Shown: positions 38,307-48,438 of the stretch, one piece after another | Layout of the letters: every line of letters starts with the position of its first letter | Numbering within the stretch: the stretch's first letter is position 1 | Translations under genes and position numbers: made by a program | IMG/VR virus record: IMGVR_UViG_3300028920_000068 | Span: 6,427-70,426 of that record | Origin: a virus | DNA length: 64,000 bases | Strand: one strand, 5' to 3' | The notes under the pieces: generated by a model | Told to the model about the DNA's origin: nothing | The model's input: only the letters and a program-made list of their open reading frames with translations | The model's database searches: none

Positions 38307-40613
38307 TTATTTTAAAGCCTTTGTATTCATCTGATAAGCCCTTCGAACAGCGGCCTCAGAATTTCTCAAAGCTTTTTCAGATTTTTGATTACTCATTTCT
38401 GTTGCTTTTAAAAAGTTATTGGAAGCTCGTTCTACATCTGTAAAAATCTGAGTCATATCTGTCCCACCTTTTTCTAAAGCAGAAAAATCAACCTCTTGCA
38501 TACCAGAACCAAAATCCACAAAAGCTTTACCCATTTTTTCTACTTTATCTTTGGTTGGGCTCTCAGTACCTAAAAGCTTATCTAAAAATTTACCAAAAAT
38601 TCCCCCAGTTTCTACAGGTTTCGTTACTTCTGTCGGGGTTCTACCCTCTAATCTTTCGGCCACATTTTCAAAATTTTGTGCTGTAGGTAACGGAATACTC
38701 ATACCCAAACCTAAAGGAATTTTTTTAGGTACGCCAAGATTTTTAAACAAATCCGCTACTGCTCTTAAAATAGAGGGAAGTTCCTTAATAATACCGGAAA
38801 TCATAGCCTTAACCATAGCCCCGCCAACTAAAACCCCAATATTTTCCCACATTTTCGATTTAGCCCTAAAAACCGCCTCTAAAGCATCCGCAAAAATCTG
38901 AGCCAAAAATGTAAATGCCGGAGACAATTCTCTTAAAGCCGCACCTAAAGGCTCAACCAAAGCAGAAGCCAAAGATTTAATTAATGCCCGAAGTTTTTCT
39001 CCGACTGTTCCTTCAACTTCTTCTAAATTAACCTTAAGTTGACCCTTCTCTCCCGTTTCAAAGAAAGGAATAATTGCGGATTTACCCGGAGTAAACACAT
39101 CTTTAATCGCATCAGAAAAAGCATAACCCCAAACCTCTAACATACTCAAAATAGGACGAATTAATTCTACTACACCCATAAAAATTCTTTTAAAAGAATC
39201 TTTATTAGCTTTTATAGAACCAAAAATACTATCCAACACAGTCTGCACTGGCGCAATTAAAGGCTGAACCGCCTCAAACAGTCCATCTGCAATCTCGCCT
39301 AAAATTGCCATAGCCGTATTTTTAATTTTCATCCAGCCAACTAATACAGTCTCTAAAAATCTCGAATACATATCCGTAGTAATACTCTGACCCCTTTCTG
39401 AAGCCTGAATATAACCCTCAATAGAGCGTTTAAATTTATCAAACTTATCTACGTCTTTTAAAAGACGCATAATAGCCTCACCACCACGAATACCAAAAGC
39501 TCTACCAATAACCTCCGCCGGGGCCCTTTCCCCTATTTCTCTTAAAATTTCTGAAAATGGCTTTAATTTACCACCAGCTAAAGTAAACTGACGATAAACA
39601 TTATCCACACCCTCTTCTAGAGTACCTAAAGTTCCATTCACATCATCTAACTGCTCTTGTAAATTTTCAAATTCTTTTGTCCCTTCTTGTCCGGCAATAA
39701 CCATTTCAAATTGACGATTTTTTAATCGGTTTAATTCCTCTTCGGAATCAGCCATAGCCCTCTGACCTTTCATCAGAGTATCTAAAAATTTCTGTGATTC
39801 CGCATTAGCCCGGAATAAATTGACTCCATATTTAGTAAAAGCCGCCGTAGTTTTAGCTGTACCACCAAGTAATTTTTGAAAAGCCGCTCTTAATCGAGTC
39901 CCCGCCTTTTGTGACTGAATACCCGCATCATTCATAGTCATTAATGCTGCCGTCGTATCAACAATAGTTTCTCTGGTTTCACCAAAAGCCGTAGCCGCAA
40001 CAGAAGCCACTCTTTTCAAACCAGCAAATAAACCAGAAAGACTCACATTAGATTCTGTAACCGCCGTAGTTAAAGCATCAGCAAATACTGGAATTTCAGA
40101 AAGCTCCACACCAAAAGCCCGAGTAGTACCAATCAAATCATTTAGTGTAGTCTGAAACTCTTCACCATGAGCGGTAGCTAACTGCATAGCTGTTCCGGTA
40201 ATTGTTAAAGACTCCTGTAACTGTAACCCAGAACGTGCCGCCGTAATCATACCTTCCTGAATTTGCCTAGCCGTAAATCCAATCTGAGTGGACAAATCTC
40301 TGGACATAGTAAGAGCCTGTTCAAAAACAGAGGTAAATCCTATGCCACCTTTAGTAATAATTGCAGCGGTCTCAGTTGCCTTTAAACGAAGCTGTAAAAA
40401 TTCCGTCCCAAGTTTTCTAATAGTCGCCTGTAAATTTGTAATAATCTGCACACCGCTACGCAAAGCGGCAAAGAAACCAGCAACAACACCTGTACGAAAG
40501 ACCGCCCGTAAAGAAGACCTTAAAAGATTAAACCTTCTACTCAGAGAACCGACAGCCCGTTGTACTTGCTGTAATCCAATACGAATTCTTATATTTAATT
40601 TTTTCTCAGCCAT
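38307..40613 (-). CDS. Tail tape measure protein (TP901-type core)
   Basis: FTARQIQEGM..ARSG, LATAH, ADALT, AGIQSQKAGTRLR; long helical protein after the chaperones. Confidence 0.85.
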   Translation of the reverse strand: MAEKKLNIRIRIGLQQVQRAVGSLSRRFNLLRSSLRAVFRTGVVAGFFAALRSGVQIITNLQATIRKLGTEFLQLRLKATETAAIITKGGIGFTSVFEQALTMSRDLSTQIGFTARQIQEGMITAARSGLQLQESLTITGTAMQLATAHGEEFQTTLNDLIGTTRAFGVELSEIPVFADALTTAVTESNVSLSGLFAGLKRVASVAATAFGETRETIVDTTAALMTMNDAGIQSQKAGTRLRAAFQKLLGGTAKTTAAFTKYGVNLFRANAESQKFLDTLMKGQRAMADSEEELNRLKNRQFEMVIAGQEGTKEFENLQEQLDDVNGTLGTLEEGVDNVYRQFTLAGGKLKPFSEILREIGERAPAEVIGRAFGIRGGEAIMRLLKDVDKFDKFKRSIEGYIQASERGQSITTDMYSRFLETVLVGWMKIKNTAMAILGEIADGLFEAVQPLIAPVQTVLDSIFGSIKANKDSFKRIFMGVVELIRPILSMLEVWGYAFSDAIKDVFTPGKSAIIPFFETGEKGQLKVNLEEVEGTVGEKLRALIKSLASALVEPLGAALRELSPAFTFLAQIFADALEAVFRAKSKMWENIGVLVGGAMVKAMISGIIKELPSILRAVADLFKNLGVPKKIPLGLGMSIPLPTAQNFENVAERLEGRTPTEVTKPVETGGIFGKFLDKLLGTESPTKDKVEKMGKAFVDFGSGMQEVDFSALEKGGTDMTQIFTDVERASNNFLKATEMSNQKSEKALRNSEAAVRRAYQMNTKALK

Positions 40614-40621
40614 AGTTATCC

Positions 40622-41020
40622 TTAAAACTTAACGTCTTTACCCGAAGCCCACTGATCTTCGAATTTTTTACTTAAGGTTTTATATTCCTCAGCACTTAAA
40701 TTTTTCTTCCCTTTAGTCCTAACCTTCATCCACATTGATTTAATTTGACCTTTCCAAGCTGCTTTATCAACTTCTGGAGTAGACCCTTCGGTATCAGTAA
40801 AAATTTTATCGAGCCTATCTAACTTACCAGCAAAACCAGCGGCACAAGCCGCACCAATTAATTTCGTCCAAAGCTTTGCATAAGTGCCTTTTCTATGGCG
40901 AATGGCGTTTAATAAACCAATAACCACATCACTGGGTAAACTTAAACAATACTCTAAACTCCAGCCATACTCAGAAGCCAATACATCTACAATGGAAAAT
41001 AATTTTTTATTATCTGTCAC
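40622..41020 (-). CDS. Tail assembly chaperone (second, pre-TMP)
   Basis: LASEYGWSLEYCLSLP motif; own SD AGGAG; position. Confidence 0.6.
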   Translation of the reverse strand: MTDNKKLFSIVDVLASEYGWSLEYCLSLPSDVVIGLLNAIRHRKGTYAKLWTKLIGAACAAGFAGKLDRLDKIFTDTEGSTPEVDKAAWKGQIKSMWMKVRTKGKKNLSAEEYKTLSKKFEDQWASGKDVKF

Positions 41021-41031
41021 TTTGATCTCCT

Positions 41032-41343
41032 TTAACGAGTCAAACCAACCACCGTACCAACTGCCGTCTGAATGATTTTAGTACAAGCTTCGACTGTTAA
41101 AACCTTTTTCAATTCAGTCTTTTTAATATCATTATCTTCTCGTACTAATTCATAAACAACATCCACAAAAAGATCCACCTGCTGCTTCAAAGAAGTTTTT
41201 TCAGAAATCTTCTCTAATTTCTGAATTTTAGATTCTAATTGAGCGATTGTTTCCAAACTGGCGGGATAAACCTTAAGGGTCACACCATTACGAACCTCAT
41301 ATTCCGTCGGTTGTGATAAAACTACTTTAGTATTCTCAGACAT
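41032..41343 (-). CDS. Tail assembly chaperone
   Basis: Position and size; SD AGGAGG. Confidence 0.55.
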   Translation of the reverse strand: MSENTKVVLSQPTEYEVRNGVTLKVYPASLETIAQLESKIQKLEKISEKTSLKQQVDLFVDVVYELVREDNDIKKTELKKVLTVEACTKIIQTAVGTVVGLTR

Positions 41344-41381
41344 TGTTCTTCCTCCTTTTTGTTAGGTCACTTTACCCAGAT

Positions 41382-41810
41382 TTATGAACTCTCATCTAAA
41401 ATATAAGAATATCGAATCAAAAAATAATATTCATTTGTTTTTTCATCTATTAAGGCTCCTCGAGTAGGCGAGTCTGAACGAGTTAAATTTAAAATTTTCC
41501 ATGAAGCCGTACTTAAATTAACCTCAGATTTGTTAATTAAATCATCTACTCGACCAACAATATCCATTAAAACAGAATAAGAGTTAGCCTCCCGTCGATT
41601 CACACATACTTCAATATCAAAATCATCCATCTGTCCAGCCGCATAATTCAAATCTTCTCCCGGACTACACTCAATAATAACAGATTTAGCTGGACGATTA
41701 TCTGGCTCATTTAATCCTCTAGCATAAATATTCCGTGCACTACCCAAAAGATTAACTAAAGTAGTATCACTTTTCAAATAAGCTATGACCCGTTGACCGA
41801 TTACCTTCAT
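41382..41810 (-). CDS. Tail terminator / completion protein
   Basis: YLKSDTTLVNLLG...IY start typical of the family; synteny. Confidence 0.6.
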   Translation of the reverse strand: MKVIGQRVIAYLKSDTTLVNLLGSARNIYARGLNEPDNRPAKSVIIECSPGEDLNYAAGQMDDFDIEVCVNRREANSYSVLMDIVGRVDDLINKSEVNLSTASWKILNLTRSDSPTRGALIDEKTNEYYFLIRYSYILDESS

Positions 41811-41812
41811 TA

Positions 41813-42343
41813 TTACCTCGCAAATAAAACTGTTCTACCAATATCTTCCAAAATTTTTGACTCATTTCTGGAATAATATTGCTTTAAACTTTTAAAAGAT
41901 TTTTCTGTATATCTACGACCTTTATATTTACCCCGAGTAACTTGAGTAAAAACAAAATAACCTCTATGGGGTACGCCTACTGTCAACCGTTTTGCTTTTT
42001 TCCAATGCTCTGATGGAAACGTCATTCTAGGTTGACCATAAATTTTAAAACGTCTTCGAATACCATATTCAGCGGCGAACTGATATTTAATATCCGACGG
42101 TACAAAAACCATACCCTCAATATATTTATTAGTCAAAGTATACTGAGAAGAAATACTCGAAGATAATTTTCCAGTAGATCTAATACTTTTAGATTTAGAA
42201 AACTGTTTCATCTTACGTTCAGTAAAACGAGTCATTTTTCTAACCCATCGAGCACTTCTAGTTCCAACCTTTCGAGGAACGGCAGCAAGGCTCGTAATAT
42301 AATGAGCTAAATCTGTATCATCTACCATAAAATCCCGAGCCAT
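41813..42343 (-). CDS. HK97 gp10-like neck protein
   Basis: STGKLSSSI, Y..AAEYG, G.KGRRY. Confidence 0.65.
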   Translation of the reverse strand: MARDFMVDDTDLAHYITSLAAVPRKVGTRSARWVRKMTRFTERKMKQFSKSKSIRSTGKLSSSISSQYTLTNKYIEGMVFVPSDIKYQFAAEYGIRRRFKIYGQPRMTFPSEHWKKAKRLTVGVPHRGYFVFTQVTRGKYKGRRYTEKSFKSLKQYYSRNESKILEDIGRTVLFAR

Positions 42344-42344
42344 A

Positions 42345-42689
42345 TTAATTCTCCAAATTTACTACTAATAATTCATAATGATGGCTTTGTCCCGCCGCAT
42401 CATCTACGGCCACCACTCGATATTTTTTACTTTCAAATTCTAAAATATCGTCCTCTTGAATATCAGCCGTAGGTTTCATAAAAACCATAAGTCGAGTATA
42501 TAATTTCTCACCTTTTCTGGTAAACTCAATGCTCTCATCATTCTGTTGAAATAAACAAGGTTCGGCACTGGTGACTAAAGCAATTGTCTCATCCGACGCA
42601 CCCCATTCATCTACCGAAGAGGTATCTAAATTTCTACGATAAATATCACAAGTCTGCGTTAATAAATTATTAAAAATAGGATCAGACAT
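42345..42689 (-). CDS. Head closure / head-tail adaptor protein
   Basis: DEWG...ADIQEDD...YRV..V.D.AG..HH.EL. Confidence 0.7.
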   Translation of the reverse strand: MSDPIFNNLLTQTCDIYRRNLDTSSVDEWGASDETIALVTSAEPCLFQQNDESIEFTRKGEKLYTRLMVFMKPTADIQEDDILEFESKKYRVVAVDDAAGQSHHYELLVVNLEN

Positions 42690-42823
42690 TAATCCGCTCC
42701 CCATTCTTCGTTACAAGCCTTACAAATATATTTATAACCCGTTTTTGTAGGAACCACATAAACCTTGCGTTTACCACATTTAGGGCATTTCTTATCCTGT
42801 ATATAATTACCTTCTTTAGCCAT
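42689..42823 (-). CDS. Small zinc-ribbon protein (44 aa)
   Basis: MAKEGNYIQDKKCPKC...CKAC; SD AAGGA; TAATG coupling to the next gene. Confidence 0.55.
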   Translation of the reverse strand: MAKEGNYIQDKKCPKCGKRKVYVVPTKTGYKYICKACNEEWGAD

Positions 42824-42833
42824 AAATTAATCC

Positions 42834-43415
42834 TTATAATACCTGTCCAAGGGTCATTTTACCATCGTCTTCATTAATCAGATCAACTACCCTATCAATC
42901 TCATCATCTAAAGTTTTTTGGTAATCTTCTAAATTAGAAGAAGCAGCCCCAAATTGTTTTTGAAATTTTCCAATCCGAACCATTTTTACTTGCTGGATTT
43001 TATCTGGAGTAAAAATAGATAACGCCTTAGCTGCTAAAATGGCTACCAAATAATCGTGAATATCTCGGTGAGTATATCCATTAATTGTATAGGTGATTTC
43101 AACCAATTGACCACCACCAAACCCACCAGAATAATACACTAACCCGGTATCAGGATTAAACTTTAAATCAGAGAATAAAGTAAAATCCTGTTCTTCATTA
43201 TCTACCTTAATTGTATCAATAGATTTAATATTAGTGTTTTTTAATTTAAAATACAGCGTAGAAGTATTTACAAATTTTGTGTCTGTTTTCTGTTCATCAG
43301 CTTCTTTTAATCCTGTTGACAGAAAAAATTGTTTAATCGCCCACTGATAAACAGATAAAGAAAGATCCGAATCATTCATGTCTAACAGTGCGGCTAAATC
43401 AGATTTACTTATCAT
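42834..43415 (-). CDS. Head-tail connector (adaptor) protein
   Basis: Synteny; VEITYT.GY motif. Confidence 0.6.
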   Translation of the reverse strand: MISKSDLAALLDMNDSDLSLSVYQWAIKQFFLSTGLKEADEQKTDTKFVNTSTLYFKLKNTNIKSIDTIKVDNEEQDFTLFSDLKFNPDTGLVYYSGGFGGGQLVEITYTINGYTHRDIHDYLVAILAAKALSIFTPDKIQQVKMVRIGKFQKQFGAASSNLEDYQKTLDDEIDRVVDLINEDDGKMTLGQVL

Positions 43416-43431
43416 ATTAATTAACCTCCGA

Positions 43432-45846
43432 TTAAGGAGTCTCCCAATTCAACTCCTGTTGTTTAATCTCTATCTGTGATTTATAAATAGTATATTTTTC
43501 ACCATCAACATTTTCGATTTCTATTTCAATAAAAGATAATGGATTAAAATCAGTTGTCAAATCCGATGCTACCTGAATTAAAAACTTACCTTGTGACAAA
43601 ACAGTATTGGCTATTTGAGTTTCTGATCCGCCAGCGGCGGTATTACCTAATTTAATTTCCTCTCCATCATTATCAAAAATTTCACACCTAATTTTATAAC
43701 CAATTAAATCACCGCTTACGTCACAGGGAATATCCATAGCATCTCCCGCACTAATAGAATCCGGTAAAGTAACAGAAATTGTCAAATCCGATAATGGAGT
43801 CACACTCGTCATAACTAAGTTTACCTCAGTAGTCGCTATCTCTATCGTAACTGATTGAGATAAATCTACGAAGCCTGTTTTAGTAACCGTAGCTGTATGC
43901 GTCCCTATCAAATAAGTATAGGAATATGGGCTCGTCTGGCTAGAAGAATCTCCGCCATCTCCCGGCGTAAAAGTAGCCCCGGATAAATGGTTTCCATCAG
44001 AATCTTTAATATTAATAGTCACAGTTACTTGATTAACATTAACAACCATTGTATCTTCAGTGGCCGCATCATAGGAATCCGTAACCTTCAAATACAATGT
44101 TTTGTTTCCAGAATGAGTAGGTGTATAACTAAATGCCTGAACAGCTTCTAAAAGCGTAGAATAAACTCCTCGTGAAATTTCTGCATAAGCACCACCCTCT
44201 TCTTTCCATTCAGCTTTAACAATATTTGATTCCGCATCAGAAAATGTTGCGTCTGAAAAAGGATTCATAGCCACATTATAAACTACATTTTTATTTGTTC
44301 CTGCATATAATGTAGGAGCAGTATTAATAATATATCCAATTTCGTTTAAATCTAATTCAACTCTTTGAGTACCATCTGAAATAAATATAGCTTTAACATA
44401 AATTTTATCTTCATCGGCTGGAAAATCTCCAATATTATTATTAACAACTGTAACAGAATTATAATCTGAAGCTCCAGCACTTGCCCATGCAGACCCATTC
44501 CAATATTTCCAAGTTACCGCATCTTCTGATAATTGATAAACAATTGAACCTTCATTATTAATTCCTAAAGTTTCAGTAAAAGCTATCCATTCTTCTATAT
44601 TTGCAATCGAATCACCATCAGTTTTATATATTGTTGGTTTACTGGTAGGATAACCAGTGTCCATATATAAATTAGCAGTTAAAGTATCAACATAACTTTG
44701 TGTATTAGAATTATCAAAATGAATCTTAAATTGTCCATAAGTTTCGCCATCAACATCTAAATCATCAACATGGGCATTAAATGTAGCTTCATCATTAGCT
44801 TGTGCATAAGAGCCGTCAGAAGTAACCCAAGCACTTCCATTCCAATAAAGATAATTTCCACTTCGTCCAATTTGTAATGTATATCTAGGATTTCCTGATT
44901 CTACTGTAACAAAAGAATCAAAGGTTGTTAAATCTCCGGGTAAAGTGTGTTCCATTTCTGGAAGAATTACAGAGGATTCAACATAATCATATTCATAAAT
45001 ATTTGACCAATTAGAAGTATAATTAGAAGTATGTTGAACAGTTGAAAATACTAAAAAATCATTTATTTTAAAATCAGAATAGGTGCTACTTCCATTATCA
45101 TAATCACTTCCAATTCTTAATAATCCTATATTAGAATCTCTTAGACAGGTACTAACGCATGTAGAACCATTTTGCACACCATTTATAAATAATCTTGTTG
45201 CACCAGTAGTAAAATCCCAATTTACTTCAATTTCATATTCTGTTCCTGCAATTGGATTCCAAATTCCACAAAGATGCTCTACTACAAAATTTCCATCTTT
45301 ATCGTAAACATGAAGTCTTAAATAAGCCCCTGAATTTGAATGTCTTAATTCTATTGTGTTTTTTACATCATTATGAGCCTTGCATATAGCAAAAAACCAT
45401 CTATCTCCTGAAGGAGCGTTAGAGTAATTTGGTGTAACTTTAAATCGTATACACCCAACTTGTTGACTATCTGCATTTCCAACTGCATTATAATCAACAT
45501 ATCTTCTATCTAAATGAGCTAAATCTAATTTTCCACCACTAATTGAAGCTCCACCAATAGGAGTTCCGGTTAAAACTCCATTACCCCAATTACCATTTAT
45601 ATCAGAGTTATAACTAGCATAAAATGTAGCATTAGAGGGTCTTTTATCTTTCTGCTGTAATTTACCACCAGAAAACTCTGCTAAATCTGAATCATAAATA
45701 AAGCCTGTATCATCTGCAAAATCTTCGGTAAAAGATTGAAGACTGTTTTGTAATTTTAACCGGGCAATGCCGTTTACAATTTCAATTTTATCTGAATCAT
45801 AAGTATAATTTGCTGGTGTAGTATATGGTATTGAAAAATTCGGCAT
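43432..45846 (-). CDS. Large virion decoration protein (LamG-like, Ig/PKD-like, BppU-like domains)
   Basis: Repeated YWNGSAW motifs, LRIG, NTAPTLYAG...YLKVTDS Ig-like repeat. Confidence 0.6.
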   Translation of the reverse strand: MPNFSIPYTTPANYTYDSDKIEIVNGIARLKLQNSLQSFTEDFADDTGFIYDSDLAEFSGGKLQQKDKRPSNATFYASYNSDINGNWGNGVLTGTPIGGASISGGKLDLAHLDRRYVDYNAVGNADSQQVGCIRFKVTPNYSNAPSGDRWFFAICKAHNDVKNTIELRHSNSGAYLRLHVYDKDGNFVVEHLCGIWNPIAGTEYEIEVNWDFTTGATRLFINGVQNGSTCVSTCLRDSNIGLLRIGSDYDNGSSTYSDFKINDFLVFSTVQHTSNYTSNWSNIYEYDYVESSVILPEMEHTLPGDLTTFDSFVTVESGNPRYTLQIGRSGNYLYWNGSAWVTSDGSYAQANDEATFNAHVDDLDVDGETYGQFKIHFDNSNTQSYVDTLTANLYMDTGYPTSKPTIYKTDGDSIANIEEWIAFTETLGINNEGSIVYQLSEDAVTWKYWNGSAWASAGASDYNSVTVVNNNIGDFPADEDKIYVKAIFISDGTQRVELDLNEIGYIINTAPTLYAGTNKNVVYNVAMNPFSDATFSDAESNIVKAEWKEEGGAYAEISRGVYSTLLEAVQAFSYTPTHSGNKTLYLKVTDSYDAATEDTMVVNVNQVTVTINIKDSDGNHLSGATFTPGDGGDSSSQTSPYSYTYLIGTHTATVTKTGFVDLSQSVTIEIATTEVNLVMTSVTPLSDLTISVTLPDSISAGDAMDIPCDVSGDLIGYKIRCEIFDNDGEEIKLGNTAAGGSETQIANTVLSQGKFLIQVASDLTTDFNPLSFIEIEIENVDGEKYTIYKSQIEIKQQELNWETP

Positions 45847-46175
45847 TATTTATTCCTCCGGTCTAAATAGGGTCTTCGAGTTTTAATCAAAGAACCAAAA
45901 AATTTCTTCTGTGCCTCTTCATCAGCAGCAGGTTCAAATTTAATATATTTCCAATCGTGATCTTTTAACCACTTTTTCGCTTCAGCTACAGTAAACTTTT
46001 TAGAATTAAAACGAATAGACTGAACCTCAGTCACATCCTCTTCTTCTTTAATCCCATAAATAACATGAATACCATCACCGAATTCATTATTCTTTCTCCT
46101 AAAACGATCATATTGCCCGGGCTCTTTTATCCTCGCAGCGTGTTCATTTGGATATGGACGTTTATCTCTTCTCAT
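45846..46175 (-). CDS. Small head-associated domain protein
   Basis: PYPNEHAARI...EVQSIRF...AKKWLKDH, recalled as a domain of phage head proteins. Confidence 0.55.
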   Translation of the reverse strand: MRRDKRPYPNEHAARIKEPGQYDRFRRKNNEFGDGIHVIYGIKEEEDVTEVQSIRFNSKKFTVAEAKKWLKDHDWKYIKFEPAADEEAQKKFFGSLIKTRRPYLDRRNK

Positions 46176-46621
46176 TATTTCCTCCGATTCGAGATAATAT
46201 AAAATCTCCAGTCTTCATAAGGAACTGTCCTAAAAATTTCCGCTATTGTTTTCTTATCTTCTGGCAATGCTGTTAAATATTTTTCCGGCAAATAAAGCAT
46301 ACCAGCAAAAGTATATGATTTATTTGTGGTAATCTTTTCAACCTTAAAATTTGGGCCAAAGAAAACCGTACCAAAAGTCTTCACTTTACGAAGAACCATT
46401 AATGGCTTAGTCCGATCTTTGTTAATATAACCCAAGACCTTATCCTGATCTATATGAAAAAGGCTTGAATTTGAAATCACGATCAAATTTTCTTTATCTG
46501 GAATAATCCGAGATAAGTCAACCCGCTCTCCGAGATATTCACAATTCTCTAAGGCGGTTTTTAGGTAGGATATGATAACCTTATCTCCATAAGTATGCCT
46601 GCCATAAACATAAGTTTTCAT
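46175..46621 (-). CDS. Hypothetical protein, degenerate nucleotidyltransferase (GT-A)-like
   Basis: FGTV....KVEKIT...FAGMLY resembles the C-terminal half of NTP transferases. Confidence 0.35.
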   Translation of the reverse strand: MKTYVYGRHTYGDKVIISYLKTALENCEYLGERVDLSRIIPDKENLIVISNSSLFHIDQDKVLGYINKDRTKPLMVLRKVKTFGTVFFGPNFKVEKITTNKSYTFAGMLYLPEKYLTALPEDKKTIAEIFRTVPYEDWRFYIISNRRK

Positions 46622-46656
46622 TGTTCTACTCCTTTGTCAGCTTACATTACTCCTCT

Positions 46657-46691
46657 TATTAAATACAATTTTGCCCTAAAATATAATGTTT
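46657..46691 (-). promoter_or_regulatory. Putative phage late promoter
   Basis: AAACAT-N14-AAATTGTATTTAATA. Confidence 0.7.
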
Positions 46692-47545
46692 TAATATAAT
46701 ATAGACTCTAATTTACGCCAAAACATAAAATGAGCCTGCATAGTCATTTCTCTAAAAGTCTGATAATCCCATTCATAAGACATTGCTCCCACCCGCTCAT
46801 TTACCACTAATTTACACCCACATAAATAGGCTTCACCAACAGCACGACCAAAAGACTCATAATGACGAGGGATATGAATGAAATAACGGTATCTATTATA
46901 ATTCTCATAAATCTGCTCTTTAGGAACATAACCAATTAAATTACAATTCTTTAATATTTTTAGTTGATTATATAATCGACCATCATGCCGTTGATAGTAA
47001 AAATCAAAAATTAAATGCGGGTTTTCTTTCGCATATTGAATAATTTCCTCTACACCTTTTCCTGTATGAATATTTCCAACAAACATAATTTTATTTATCC
47101 GAGCTTGACCTTGGTCATAAAAAGTATAGGGAATATGGGGAGGAACCAAAAAAATATTCCTAGCATCAGTTAAAAATTTATTAAAACATTCTCTGTGTAA
47201 TGGAGATAAAAATATCGTCGCCACCGCTTTCTGCATCATCTCTGGCGTATCTTTTAAAACGCTCATCCATCTACCAGAATCGTGAGAATAAACTACATAA
47301 GGTTTTTCTGCTATCACCTTATCTCTAACAGGTTTAGTAAATTCATAACAATTACTAAAAATAATCAGATCACTTTCGGTCAATAAATTAGATCTCAAAC
47401 TACATGGTCTCGAAATTGTAATATCATAACCTAAAGCTCTACCTGCCTGAATCACATAAGAATCTGTAATTTCTGCTCCGCCTGCCGGAACCTCAATATT
47501 GGTGTAATCCGTAAGCCAAAGTACTTTCTTCTTTTTTAAACTCAT
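46691..47545 (-). CDS. Glycosyltransferase family 4 (GT-B)
   Basis: GGAE, FVGNIHTGKG, IGYVP, ESFGRAVGEAYLCGC. Confidence 0.85.
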   Translation of the reverse strand: MSLKKKKVLWLTDYTNIEVPAGGAEITDSYVIQAGRALGYDITISRPCSLRSNLLTESDLIIFSNCYEFTKPVRDKVIAEKPYVVYSHDSGRWMSVLKDTPEMMQKAVATIFLSPLHRECFNKFLTDARNIFLVPPHIPYTFYDQGQARINKIMFVGNIHTGKGVEEIIQYAKENPHLIFDFYYQRHDGRLYNQLKILKNCNLIGYVPKEQIYENYNRYRYFIHIPRHYESFGRAVGEAYLCGCKLVVNERVGAMSYEWDYQTFREMTMQAHFMFWRKLESILY

Positions 47546-48030
47546 GCTTTCTTCTCCAAAATAATCTTATGATTATATAATCCAATTTCAGGAAAATATT
47601 TTACAAGATCTAAATTTAATTTTTTCATCATTAATTTAAAAAATTCAGGAGTAAAACAAACACAATGAAAATTAGCCGAATATGTTTGGCCTCCAAAGAT
47701 TAATTGAGAAAATCTTTTAGATGAATCTCCATTATGATTTTTAATAATCTTATCCCTATCTTTATAAATTCGATCAATACTAGGAACCTGAATCTCAATC
47801 CTACCGCCCACTTTTAAGCAACGTATCCATTCAGCTAAAACATCCCAAACCTCAGAATGAGAAAAATGTTCTAATATATCATGGGCTAAAATATAATCCA
47901 CACTTCTAGTTTTAAATCTGGATAAATTAGATATATCCATACAAATATCTGGATTAATATCAGCACGAATATCTACATTAATAAAACCTTCTAATTTTTT
48001 CTCACCGCAGCCCAAATTTAATTTAAGCAT
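47542..48030 (-). CDS. Class I SAM-dependent methyltransferase
   Basis: KLNLGCG...FINVD, HDILEH, W.R.LKVGG.I.I.VP. Confidence 0.85.
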   Translation of the reverse strand: MLKLNLGCGEKKLEGFINVDIRADINPDICMDISNLSRFKTRSVDYILAHDILEHFSHSEVWDVLAEWIRCLKVGGRIEIQVPSIDRIYKDRDKIIKNHNGDSSKRFSQLIFGGQTYSANFHCVCFTPEFFKLMMKKLNLDLVKYFPEIGLYNHKIILEKKA

Positions 48031-48036
48031 AAAGCC

Positions 48037-48438
48037 TCATTTAAAGTATTTATTTCTTAATAAAGTAGAACTAATTCCTTTTGTTCTATTCAAATAAACC
48101 ACAGGTACCCCAAGCCCCTCACCAGTAAATGTTTCTGGTGTCCAATCATTTCCAACAAAAATAACATCTGGCCGATATTTTTCAACCAACTCTTTTTTAC
48201 CACAAGATAAACTTTGAACATCTACCATATCCACATATTTTAAAGCCTCAATCATTTCTTTACGGTATTGTAAAGGAATAGAAGCACTATGATGTTTCTT
48301 TGAAGCAATATATTCATCATCACTAATACAAATAATCAATCTATCACATTTAGATTTAGCCTGACGAATCAAATTCAAATGCCCGATGTGCCAGATTTCA
48401 TAGGCACCAAATGTAATTCCTATTTTATACTTTTTCAT
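48037..48438 (-). CDS. HIGH-family cytidylyl/adenylyltransferase (TagD / HldE domain II-like)
   Basis: TFGAYEIWHIGH, SDD, R..M..L.YVD.V, PDVIFVGNDW, RTKGISST. Confidence 0.85.
   Translation of the reverse strand: MKKYKIGITFGAYEIWHIGHLNLIRQAKSKCDRLIICISDDEYIASKKHHSASIPLQYRKEMIEALKYVDMVDVQSLSCGKKELVEKYRPDVIFVGNDWTPETFTGEGLGVPVVYLNRTKGISSTLLRNKYFK

Noticed and set aside
40622-41343. Programmed -1 frameshift between the tail chaperones
   Set aside because: The two ORFs are separated by a spacer with its own SD (AGGAG) and I see no slippery heptamer at the junction.
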